A DNA stretch of 55,382 bases, counting the filler, from Sphacelaria rigidula (Eukaryota), in the NCBI GenBank assembly GCA_964200075.2. It is 5 parts of 5 records of this genome, joined end to end, with 100 filler letters (N's around TTAATTAATTAA, not from the genome) between each part and the next. Parts side by side here need not be neighbours in the genome. Positions count along the whole stretch, not along the records: positions 1 to 10,997 come from CAXNAA020005555.1; 4 more parts are not named here. One strand, given 5' to 3'. The notes beneath the pieces are model-generated. The model did not search any database. It was not told where the DNA came from and worked only from the letters and a program-made list of their open reading frames with translations. The translations under genes were made by a program, and so were the position numbers. Positions 1 to 11,097 of the stretch are shown in pieces (within the stretch, counting starts at the first letter, position 1; each line of letters begins with the position of its first letter).

Positions 1-1189
1 GTTCGGAAAAGGTGAAGGAGAGCGTCTTCCCTGGTCCCTAGACAGGCATCGATGAACGAGGGAAGACTTTTGCACGCTGTTGTCATTTGGCACCCAGAGG
101 GTCGCTCACATAAATGTCGGGTAAAATCAACCATGAATACCGCTCCGCAAGTTCAAATTGGATACATCTGTTGTTTTTGCCGCAACACCGCCCTTGCTGG
201 CATGTGTGTGTGACAGAGAACAGTAGTAGCAGTGACGGAAACATTGCACTGTTTTTCAACATGTTTTTCAGCACACAGAGGCGCGTCCTGTCCAAAAGGA
301 GAGGCAGAGAGAAATCGATCTTCGCATTCGTGAGCTCGACAGGCAATTGTAAGACGAGAGAAAATTTCTCCGCAGCTCGATATTTCGGTACATGGAAAAT
401 TGGGCACATGCTGGTAACATCGATGATGCCAGTTTCTCGAGCGGTGTGTAATCGCCGAGCGGGGACACACACAGGACACGGGCGAGGAGCTTCCTCTCTG
501 TCGTTGCTTCTCTCTCTGGTGATGTCGTCATCGACACGCGTGTACACCGCATTTCGTTAGGTGCACCTAGCCACGGCTGCTTAAGTGCTGCGGACATATG
601 GGGGGGAGATGGCTTCGCTTGGTCGTAAGTGCTTCGCGTCTTACCTGCGAAGAAGAAATGCCACTTCAACCTCATTTTTGAGATGGACCCCACTTTTTAG
701 GATCCGCTGTTACTTCTTATCTAGCGGAAATGTTGTTTGGTGTTGAGTAAGGTACACTCCAGGCAAGGTGCGATTTTGATTGCTTGGATGTTCAAAGCAA
801 GAGTTTCAAGATCGGATTGTTTTTGTTCCCTCGATCCTGTCATTTTGGGATACAGGGTTCGATTTTTAGAGACCGCGGTTTAGCTGAGTTGTGCCTCGTG
901 CACAAGCAGTCAGTTTGCCTTGTTTCCCTCACCTGGGAACACCGGTATGTAATAAAGCGATATCCACGAACTTCATTGGGATCTTCCTCGCGCCGAATCT
1001 GTCGACTTTCGTCCTGATTTGATTGAGCCTTCATCACTACGAGCATCAATCTTATCTTCTGGATAGTACTGTAGAATCTCGCCACATAAACGTGCATGCA
1101 AGAGCACAGTACCCTCGATGCGCCGAGAAACATTTTCGAGTGGTGCCGCGATAGCACCCCTCAAACCAGCCCCGAAACTGTCCCGAAGA

Positions 1190-1385
1190 AAAAGGCCATA
1201 AGGCGCATGATAGCTGGTTTCAGACTTTATGAAGCCCATCTATGGGAATCGGCGAAAACGATTGCAAGCATTGGAGTTCCCAGCTATTTGGTGCGCTCGG
1301 CTTTTGCACTTTTCGTTCACACGTAGATTTTGACTCCTCAAACCCGCCATTTGTTTTGGTGGGGGGGGGCTATCGTGACATCGCT
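1190..1385 (+). repeat. dispersed repeat, copy 1 (also at ~32025-32225)
   Basis: gcgcatgatagctggtttcagactttatgaagc...ggcgaaaacgat...ggagttcccagct aligns by eye with gcgcatgatagctgctttcagactacatgaagc...ggcgaaaatgat...ggagttacccagct at 32035. Confidence 0.75.
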
Positions 1386-3629
1386 CTCCTGTCTCAGCAA
1401 CACTTTGGGCCAACTAGTCGCTCGGATGAAACGAAGCTACACATAACCACCTGAGTGCAGTGTGGTCGACCTGAACGTCATACATAGCGACAATAACTTG
1501 GCTTCGGAGTGCAAGGACCCAACTACTCCGGTTTCGTACACAGGTACATGAGATACTTGACTGTTAAAGGCGAGTTGGTGACTTGGATCAACTATGGCCT
1601 ATTCTAATTACTCGAGTACAGTGTGGTCAGTCTGAATTTCATACTTGTAGAATAACGACATATATATGCTACACGCTGGAAAAAAAAACTAAATGTAGAG
1701 GGCAAATAGAAATTCTCTGGACCCCCACCCCCACCCCACCCCCTCTACCTTGAAACTCCAGATTCCAACTTGAGAACACCCATGACACGCGCATACGTAT
1801 GCGTGGCAACGGCCTCTTCTATGTGGGCGTTGTCTCCACCGAAACAACTATCCAACTATCCCGAACCCCCAAAAGGGTTCCCGTAAAATGAAACTCGGAA
1901 ACCATGTTCCGCCCCCCGCACTCACACCAGCAAGCACGAAAAAACTCCGACAAGTATAGTTTACAATGTCACTCCCATGTGTTTCTTCCGTTCGTGTACA
2001 TACACACGTATATATATACATATATGTTTATGTACGAGTAGTATGGCGCACCCTCTGCATTTATATTGCTTGATCTTATAAAAGTGCCATCAGTTTACTG
2101 GGGAGCAAGCGACCACGGTACTTGCCAACGTTGTAATAAAACACAACAACTTCCGCGAAAGCCACGGCCTGGCGCATTCCACGTTTAGTAAGGAGCCAGT
2201 CGGTCTGCACCAGAGCGCCCCCTGGTGCTGTTCCCGCTTGCTTAGGTAATACTATTGGTTTTATCTGGCGACATCGCTTTCTCCTGTAGAATCTGCCACA
2301 AACAGCCGAATGCACGAGCATGTCTCGTTGACGCACCCCAACAACGGTGCTGTCGTCTCGCTGCCCCCAGAGCCACGACAACAGAAGCCAAACGTGACTT
2401 TAGTACACGGATCACTACATGGATAAGTAAAAGTCACTCATGATCACTTGCGAACAGTTTGGATACTCTAAACGCTATACAATGGCGGCAACGTAATGAC
2501 GATTGACGGCAAATACCCAATTACTCGGGCTCGCTACGGAGGTGCATTGAAACTTTGGCTTTCGCGCGGGCTACATAACCGCTTTGATAAGCTTGGCCAC
2601 TATAAATTACTCAAATACAGTTTGTTCACACTAAATAACATACAACGACGGCAAACGCACGCGGGGTAGTAGCCCTACACTCTTGAGGCGTCATATTCTC
2701 TGGAGCCCCTTAACCCTCCTCGAAACCACCAATTCCAACTGTCGTGGCAAGCATGGCGCCTTTCTTCAACTTTACGGGCACACTCCACCCTTTTTTAGCG
2801 TCAAACTAGCAGCCTGGGCGTTCAAGGGGATAAGAGTTCGTCTCTGCTCAACTTCGCGACAAGCGTACGCCACAAGTTGCAGGCAGGTACATATAAAGAA
2901 CGCGAGAGCAAGCGCCTGAAACAGCGAATGGAGGGATTCTGGGCGGTTAACGCCGGGCCCATTCCAGTCTTCATTCAAGCCATATTTATGACCGTTTCCC
3001 AAGGAAACAAGCCTATGGGTGCCCCCCGGTTGTTTGTCACAATCTTCGGCAGTATACATGAGCAGTTTTTGCCTCAGCCTTGAAGCAGGAACACGTGCAC
3101 GTAATGCGCAGTAGAAGTACGGCAATATCCCTAGTACCTTCCACCCATCTCATCTCTACATTAGACTCTTTCTGACTCGCAGCTGGTGATACCGCAACGC
3201 GTCCTCTCTCAGGTGTACCACGACCTATCTTCCCACGTAAGACGATGTGGTGGCCTACACAACTCGACAATGAATACATTTGAATGGTGTTTTTCTCCAA
3301 TTCACATCCCAAACTAGCGAGTCTCTTCCGCTGGCCAACCATCAAGCTGCCCAGTACTCCCACGCGACTGCTAGAGCTACGGCTACAACCCGTGCTGCTC
3401 TGACATTTCCGGAAATCACGTTCCAGAATACATCACTGCTGGTAAACGATCAAGCTGCCCCGTACTCCCACAACTACAGCTGAAGCTGCAGCCACCACCT
3501 GTGCGGCCCCGCCTACTTCACGGGGCAGCCAGCTCGCTGCGCTGTCTCGCTCCGTCCCTATTTCGTGCAGGAGAAGCGAATGGTAGCTCCATCTACGAAC
3601 CTGCCCCTATCATTGCCACGAAATGCGTA

Positions 3630-4583
3630 TCATCGGCCCTCGAGACCAACGGCGCAACTTGTTTCACCCCGCCTGGGGGTGGGGTGTGCACTACGGGGCT
3701 CATTGACACCGTCGCTTGCTTTGGGACGTGGATATGCCGCACGGTTGCGTTTGGTGCTTCGTGCATAACCGACAAACCCACTGTCACTCTCCGTTGAGCT
3801 ACCGCTTGAGGTGCCCACTTCTGGCGTAAGCTCTGTTGTGTCGGACACAGTAGTGGATGGAGTTTGCGCAGCATGCTGTCGACAAAAGCGTGCATCATCC
3901 ACGCCGTGCTTCTTGTCGGTACCCTTCTTGGAGCAGCCCTCTTTGCCGCAAATCTTGTTCCTTACATCCACCATTCCCGCCACGGCGTGCTTGCAGCAGA
4001 ACTCGGCCTTCCTACTCTCTGCCACACCATACGACGGGATTGTGGAGCAGCCCACGGCGCCGCACTTCTTGTTCCTCACATTCACCATCCCCGTCTTGGC
4101 ATGCCTGGAGCAGAACTGGGAGATCTTGCTTCCCGCTACACCATAGGAAGGCTTCCTGGCGCAGCCTTCCTCACCGCACCTCTTCTCCCTCACGTTCACC
4201 ATGCCCACCTTGGCATGCTTGGAGCAAAACTCCGCCCTCTTGCTCCCCGCTACACCATACGACGGTTGGGTGGAGCAGCCCGCGTCGCCGCACGTCTTGT
4301 TCACCACATTTATCATTCCCGCCCCGGCATGCTGGAAGCAGAAGTGCGCTTTCTTGCTTCCGGCTAAACCATACGACGGTTGCGTCGCGCAGCCCTCCAT
4401 GCCGCACCTCCTCTTCCTCACATTCACCATTCCTGGCCAGGCATGCTGGAAGCAGAACTCCGCCTTGTAGCCCAATAAACCGTGCGTTGGTTTCTTGGAG
4501 CAGCCCCCATTGCTGCACTTTTTGTTCGCCACATCAGCCATGAGCTCCTCTGGGTGCCGTTTCTTCGGAAACGAACTGCTCAT
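3630..4583 (-). CDS. EsV-1-7-type cysteine-rich repeat protein, six ~38-aa repeats, apparently intronless
   Basis: ORF 3630..4733 holds six units of the form MV(N/D)VxxxxC-x4-C-xxxPSYGxxGxxxxxFCxxH. The probable start is ATG 4583 (context gctaccATG, MSSSFPKK). The repeat matches the EsV-1-7 motif expanded in brown algae. Confidence 0.88.
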   Translation of the reverse strand: MSSSFPKKRHPEELMADVANKKCSNGGCSKKPTHGLLGYKAEFCFQHAWPGMVNVRKRRCGMEGCATQPSYGLAGSKKAHFCFQHAGAGMINVVNKTCGDAGCSTQPSYGVAGSKRAEFCSKHAKVGMVNVREKRCGEEGCARKPSYGVAGSKISQFCSRHAKTGMVNVRNKKCGAVGCSTIPSYGVAESRKAEFCCKHAVAGMVDVRNKICGKEGCSKKGTDKKHGVDDARFCRQHAAQTPSTTVSDTTELTPEVGTSSGSSTESDSGFVGYARSTKRNRAAYPRPKASDGVNEPRSAHPTPRRGETSCAVGLEGR

Positions 4584-6344
4584 GGTAGCAAAGTTGAAAA
4601 AGCGTCCGAAATGGAGTTGTAAGCTACGAGTGCAAGCTTTGTGTGACCGGTTTGTGGGACGAGTGGACCGGTGATGCTGCGCCAAAGTCCCAATAACGAA
4701 TAATACGCACATCCAATCAACACGAAAATACATGATGACATGATCCCAGCAGGTACAGATCTACTACCCAAGATGATTCCAGAGGGCGGGACGCCCTACA
4801 CACCACAGTAGTACGGGTCGCACAAGAGGACGAACATAGGGTCCTACAAAAACAGAACGCAGGGGTAATGCGAGGATACAGGTGATTCCGATGGCGACAC
4901 GTGTGCAGACACGAACAAATGAGTGGACAAGTTGATCGATGTCAATAAATCAGGGGTTGCCGGACAGGCCGAGCCAAGCGGGAAACGGGTTTGCAAGATG
5001 AAGGGTCAGGCCTTGCTATTGATAAGGTAGTAAATGGATCTACAGGATCACATACACGTCGCGCTTGGACACGTCTTTTTACCGACTCGCTGGGGAATGG
5101 GGGAGCAGCCATCTTCGATCCTAAATAATGCCTGCACAACAGGATTTCTCGTAGAGATGTCACGCCTCGGGATAGAATACCCCACATACTGCACATGATT
5201 TGGGGTGGCCCTGCCAGTCATCTACATTGCATCGGTCGTTGCAGTAACAGAAAAATGCCGACTACTATACCAGCATGGCCAGAACACTGTGCTTCAACCC
5301 TTTCGAAGCCGATCTCTTCCCACCCCAGGATAGACCCTTCATTGTTCGAATACTTCGAAAAAAAAGAGACGACTGTAAGCATGTAATCTTGGGTTGTAAC
5401 GACGAGCACAATAGAGGTGCTAGGCCACATATATTCTCCGTATTACATATATGTTGGTGGTGTCGTCGGTTGAATGATGCGGAGATGAAGGTTTGTAGTC
5501 GACAGCACGCTCATTGCCCAAAACATTTCTTGGAGTAAAATGAGATTTGGTCCTGCTCACGACTGCGGCATATATATAAGGGAACCACCAGGCACGAATG
5601 CACCACTATTTGTGCAGCACAGCGCCACTTATAGGTTGTTTACATCAACGGCTGTGTCACGATATCTAGTGCGCTTTTGCTGGGTGCTGATGACAGCAGG
5701 TGTACGCTTGGAGGATCCTACTGAGGGTGTGCTACTGACTGTTTTGCGTAATAATCTGTACTTGTGTTGCACTCATGCACATATTTGCAAGAGACTACGA
5801 AGTAAATGCAACTTGCGTCCCATTTCCGGCCCTTCCATGGCTACGCAGATCTGACCATCCCCCGGTAGGGCGAGACTGCATGGGACAGAAAGGAAAATAA
5901 TGGAACATTTATTTCATTGGAACAAATGACACTTGGAATCCGACACCCTAGAGGTGTCCATCATAAAGGGTGATATCCTGACTATTATATGACGGGCAAC
6001 CGCGGTTGCGCTTGTAAAAACAAGATGCGTACACACTTACTGACTCGGCACAAAAGTGAGGATAGGGTCCTCCAAACAGATGCTCGCCGATCCTTTCTTA
6101 AGTGAGCCGGCCTGTACGTGCGCACTGTACCGAGCCATAGCCAACAACCCAGCACTCGCTTCGCCTAAGAATATCCAGGGCTTCTCCAACTCAATTCGCT
6201 TTCCAACCGAAAAATGCGGTGAAACAAGAAAATAAGTCAAAATAGGTAGCAAGTTAAACACGGCCCTGGTGGCCCCACCAAATTTCAACCGTTTTCATTT
6301 TCCGCCACACGGGCCCAACACAAAAGGAGCAAATTCGACGAAAA

Positions 6345-6412
6345 CAAACGGCGCCTAAGAGCAGGACAAACGGCGCCTAGGAGCAGAACAAATGGCGCCT
6401 GAGGACAGGACA
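6345..6412. repeat. 3 x ~22-bp minisatellite
   Basis: aaacggcgcctaagagcaggac / aaacggcgcctaggagcagaac / aaatggcgcctgaggacaggac. Confidence 0.8.
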
Positions 6413-7809
6413 CCAAAAAGGAATGGGTGTATTTTCGTTCCATGGCTATGGGGTGGAATGTTCACAGTCCCAAAGGTACCGTAGTATTTCCGCTGAATAA
6501 ACAAGGAACAGCGCTCCACGAATGTCGCTCGGGAACCGAAAAAAGGAAACAGCAAAATCCTGGCTTCAAGCTGATGGAGAACGCGATATTGCTATCCTGC
6601 ACGCACAAAACGAACCAAGCTTCGCGCTTGTAGCAGGTCTACATAAACTTCAATATGTCCTCAGACGCGGCTCAACCCGTGCCTCGTTAGGCCGAGGTTG
6701 ATGCCGGTCAGAGATATATACTTCGGCGCATATCATATGTACGCAGAGTTGACGAGGCGACGATATGCAGACTTGCAAGTAGCGTGCGCGATATTGTAGA
6801 GTCTGCCCCTTCCCTGAAAGGGCTGGGTAACGCGGCAGCATTGCATTCAACGATACCGTTTACAACCACTCAGCTTTATGTTGCCTATCCATCCTGTCAT
6901 CGTTGATCGACCATATTTGTGGTCAAGTCGAATGTTTCGTCAAATAAGAAACAGGTGAGACGAAGAAACAGCTTCAAGTGGGTACGACGTCGAGACAACA
7001 ACCCTTTCGTCGCTTCGTCGCCCGTTGGCCGAACAATTTGGGGGAGTTCGCAGCAGTTGTATTGGTGGGGGAGACACCTGGACAGAAGAAGCTGTTGTCA
7101 CGCGTACGCCGCGCGCCGTAGATATTCGTAGATGGGCTACACTCGGCGGCACGTTGCCATCTCAGGACAACAGCAAAAACTCTCACCACTACAGTAGCGG
7201 TGATGGCGCCCACATCAGTATTATACATTTGTGTGGGTATGCCTACATGAAGATTTCGACACACAAAGCCGTTGCTGAACGGCTGAACGGCGTGGCGTAC
7301 TTTAACCCTTATTAACGGGTATTATTTCTCTCATACCTTCCATCCACTATTATCTAAAGTTGATCATAAAATGGATGAAAACGGATGAAAAGCATGAGAA
7401 ACAAAACGCGTCAATAACGGCCCTTAGTGGGGAGCGTACGTGCTGCACGAGGCGCGTGCGGTTGCTATTGGGTGGTGTTTTGATTTTGTGCCTGAGGTTT
7501 CATCTGCGAGATACCTCACCCCTCACCCTCCTGCCGACTGAGCATGAGCACAAAATTGCACGTATAAGGAACGCAATTGCTTCCCCGAACAGTAAAGCAC
7601 TGCGGTTTTGTATCAAAAGAAGACCCCGAGTCACAAGCGCTTCTCATACCCCTGACTAGTCCAGCCGCACCTCCGTGTAGTCCCCTTCTCGCTACACTGT
7701 CGGGTTAGCGTCGAGTGGCAACAACGCAGTAAAAACGAGCCGCCAGAACCTAGACATGAATGTACAGTCGATAACGATGCATGCACCAGGGATCGACACT
7801 AGAAACTAC

Positions 7810-9080
7810 ATAATTTCCCAGACCAACAGAGACAAAATATATGAAATTACTCAAGTAACCACTTTTGTTTTCCCGTACTGTAAACCAGATCGGACATGGA
7901 CATGAAGTCAAGAAGATGCTCATTTTTCTCCGCATTCAACAAGAACAGCCAAGATAGAGACACGAGACGACGAAGTGAACCATTGTTTTCTTTGCACCAC
8001 CAGAACTCAGCCCAGACATGGACATGGTAAAGTAGGCAACTCTTTCTTGCATTTACCATGACACAGATCGGATGTAGACAATGGGAAAAAAAAGCTCACC
8101 AGATTTTTCTTTGTATTTTTAGAACAGTCTGGATATAGACATGAAATAATATAGCTCGCCATTTTTTCTTTTCATTACCAGAACACAGTCCGCGCATAGA
8201 CATGAAATAAGAAGATAGCCATTCTCCTGCGCATTAACCAACACACGGGCCGGATTTAGGCATGAAATAGCGAAGCTCAACATTTTGTTCATAGCATTTT
8301 CAGAACACAGCCCGGAGATGGACACGACAAAACGAAGCTTCACTTTTCCTCCTTTCTATTACCAGAACACAGACCGGAAATACATGAAATAAAGAATCTG
8401 GCAATTTTTTCTTTACACTCTCAGAACACAAGCCGAACATGGCCATGAGATGACGAAGCTAACCATTTTTCTTTGCATTACCAGAACATAGCTCAGATAT
8501 AGACATGAACTAACGAAGCAAACCATGTTTTTTTTTCGTTACCAGAACACAGTCCGGATATAGGCATGGAATAACGAAAATAGTCATATTTTGTTTTACA
8601 CAAGAACACAGCCCGAGCATGGACATGAAATAACGAATTTACCCATTTTTCTTCGCACTAACTGGAACACAGACCGGATTTTGGCATGGAATAACGGAGC
8701 TAACCATTTTTTTCTTTGCATCAACCAGAACATATCCCGGACATGGACATGAAACAATGCAGCTAACTATTTTTTCTTCGCATTAACCAACATAGACCGG
8801 ATTTAGGCATGAAAAACAGGAACCATATTTTTTTACACATTACAATAACACATCCCGGATGCAGGCTATAACTGACTATATTTTTTTTCTACGATACAAG
8901 AACACACCTCGGACATGCCCATGAAATAGCGAGGCCAATCATTCTCTTGTTTGCTCAAACCAGAGCATAGTCCGGACATGAGCATGAAATAATAAATCTA
9001 CCATGTTTCTCTTCAACCTACTATAACACAGACCTGACGTAGACGAGAAGTAACGGAAATAATCATTTATATTTCCCGTA
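7810..9080. repeat. degenerate tandem array, ~60-bp unit, about 20-21 copies
   Basis: Recurring consensus ACCAGAACACAGnCCGGAnATrGACATGAAATAACGAAGCTAACCATTTTTTCTTTGCATT, seen e.g. at 8177, 8361, 8480, 8541 and 8724. There are no unique spacers. Confidence 0.9.
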
Positions 9081-9539
9081 TCGAAAGGCAACATAATCGA
9101 GATTTTGTCCCCAAACCCAAAGCAAGATGAGAAACAAAACGAAGATTAAAACACGGACATGCAAGTAATAGCTCGAAGGCTGACCACCTTGAATGAAAAA
9201 TCGAAAACATAGATCATATATAACGATTACCGAAAAAAATTACCACATGCCAACTCAACATGCAAGTTGGGTCTCGTGATGAGATACCCGTGGAAGTATA
9301 CCGATTTTCATCGGGCGGTGGAAATCTGGTCGGACATTATCCTCAAATCCCGAACAATAGATGCACAGTCATCAAGATGAAAGGAAGGGGTGGATGGTGC
9401 ACGAAAAAACTGGCGAGACCTCCGGCACCCATGACAAAAACACCATGCAAATGACCGACTATACGACCATAAAAAAAAAGAGAGCATCAAGCGAGATGAA
9501 GATATCTCGAGATCCTGAAGGATAGAAGCCGTTACAAAA

Positions 9540-10073
9540 TGTGGGGGGATCGTTGGCCAAGCTTTCGGCAGTGAAGATCTGTTCAGAGGCATTCATGGAG
9601 TAGCAACGCATGTTGAACCTTACGTGGAATTGGAGGAAGTGATGATGTACGGGACATCTTGCTGTGTTGGCAACATGCCTCGGCGGTTTGACATGAAGAT
9701 CACGTGGCACAAACGTGGGGTACTCATGTCAGGGTGTTGAACTTGGCTTCAGTCTACGAGCCCGTGTTGGACACACTATCTAATGTCAGTGAGCCGGCCA
9801 ACGAATTGAAAGACACCATATTCCAGCAAGTACTGGGATTGGGATATCCCAGTACCTTGACGACGTCCCACTTCACCGTTCAGGCGAACAAGCTGGAGAT
9901 ACTTATGGAATGAGGCTGGAGAATCTGAAACAATGATGGAGGACTCCATGTCTTGTAAGGAATAGCAGGGACGGTATTGGAAAGACGAGCTTACGTCTCT
10001 GACCACGGGTTCGAGAGATCGGACTAATGTCTGAAAATAATAACAACAACAACAATATAATAATAATAACAAA

Positions 10074-10108
<35 letters not shown>

Positions 10109-10186
10109 TAATAATAATAATAATAACAATAATAATAATAATAATAATAACAATAATAATAATGATAATGATAATGATAATAATAA
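9540..10186 (+). mobile_element. possible decayed 3' end of an RLE-domain non-LTR retrotransposon with (AAT)n tail
   Basis: Reading ORF 9704..9913 through its stops gives LGLGYPS...NKLEILME*GWRI*NNDGGLHVL*GIAGTVLE. This resembles the ELGY..D / GW.V / HVI.LGVGGT end of algal restriction-like endonuclease LINEs, and a long (AAT)n tract follows about 50 nt later. Similarity is weak. Confidence 0.35.
10036..10186. repeat. (AAT)n microsatellite with AAC/GAT variants
   Basis: About 150 nt of aat repeats, directly visible. Confidence 0.97.
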
Positions 10187-10499
10187 CTAGTGGTAAGCCA
10201 CGGCTGACGCGCGTGGCAGCAGTGCTGCAGGCATCAACGGCATTGGATCTTTCGTTCTCCGCAAGTTTGCTACAACACACCGATGATGGATAAAAAATCA
10301 GTATTCAGTCTGATCGAGAAGCATTTTTGTCCAGATTAGGGTTGCACACCATCAAGGAAGGGTTGATATGTTGTATTTACGAAGATAAATAAGGCGTTTT
10401 CGTTGTGTAATGTCATATTTTTGCCTGTGGCGTGCGGGAGCAAATAATGGACCTACTCAAGTCGACGATACACGACTAAAGCAGATCCACACAGTACTG

Positions 10500-10826
10500 T
10501 CCACACATGGCAGTAGCAACACACAACAGACCGCACGCCGCACAGCACAGCAGTGAAGCAGTACGCTTAGGGTTACGCGCAACTCTACACCATGAGTGGC
10601 GCGGTCACCTGTGCTGTAAGTGCTGCACCCGCCAGCGTCAATTCCGCATCGGAGTGTTCTCCCTCGCTTGAGAAGTCAAGGTGGACACCCGATTCTACCC
10701 CCCACGACATATTCGCTCTCCACTGTTGGGCGTTGCGTGAGAAAAAATCCCAGACCGCTCCAAGATTCGAACCGACGACCCCAACCGTGAGAAGGTTTGG
10801 AGGTTACCGACTGAGCCACCGGGGCG
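10500..10826 (-). mobile_element. tRNA-derived SINE (family A)
   Basis: Minus strand begins GCCCCGGTGGCTCAGTCGG (A box) ... GGTTCGAATC (B box), then GGGATTTTTTCTCACGCAACGCCCAACAGTGGAGAGCG, which is shared with the copy at ~27683. Acceptor and D stems do not pair. The 3' boundary is approximate. Confidence 0.7.
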
Positions 10827-10845
10827 AGGCTGTATCCATGAATAA

Positions 10846-10946
10846 CCATTAGACCGTGATGCGGGTAGTCCACCTGGATCACGCATACTTTTTTCAAGTG
10901 AAATTGATGACGATCCCACTGGTGACCTACCCTCGCGGTGAAAGGG
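10846..10946. mobile_element. ~100-bp MITE with piggyBac-like ends (copy 2 at 51373-51478)
   Basis: ataa|CCATTAGACCGTG...CGCGGTGAAAGGG|ttga. The internal sequence aligns with ctaa|CCCTTGGACCGCGG...CGCGGTCAAAGGA|ttga. Flanks resemble a decayed TTAA TSD. Confidence 0.6.
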
Positions 10947-10997
10947 TTGACCTCTTGACCGCGAGTGTATATCACCTGCTGAATTGGCATCAATATT

Positions 10998-11097
10998 NNN
11001 NNNNNNNNNNNNNNNNNNNNNNNNNNNNNNNNNNNNNNNNNTTAATTAATTAANNNNNNNNNNNNNNNNNNNNNNNNNNNNNNNNNNNNNNNNNNNN
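10998..11097. other. artificial linker N44-TTAATTAATTAA-N44
   Basis: Identical 100-nt spacer occurs four times at ~11,097-nt intervals and has stops in all frames. Confidence 0.98.

Noticed and set aside
1..1150. Coding-like ORF cluster at the window start
   Set aside because: No recognisable motif, splice structure or consistent frame. It may be decayed TE sequence but this cannot be supported.
2207..2228. CTCF-like motif (caccagggggcgct on the minus strand)
   Set aside because: CTCF is a bilaterian protein; this is a single short match inside a small hairpin.
3811..4543. Overlapping ORFs over the EsV-1-7 gene
   Set aside because: Antisense or alternative-frame shadows of a GC-rich repetitive CDS.
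7810..9080. CRISPR array
   Set aside because: The whole unit is repeated and degenerate, with no unique spacers, no identical repeats and no cas genes. The context is eukaryotic.
9776..10293. Poly-Leu/Ile/Asn ORFs
   Set aside because: Translations of the (AAT)n microsatellite.
10755..10826. Functional tRNA gene (also 44440-44510 and 54527-54605)
   Set aside because: A/B boxes are present but acceptor, D and T stems do not pair, and the downstream body is shared between dispersed copies, so these are SINE heads.
11042..11053. TTAATTAATTAA as a biological motif
   Set aside because: Embedded in fixed-length N runs, so it is a synthetic linker.
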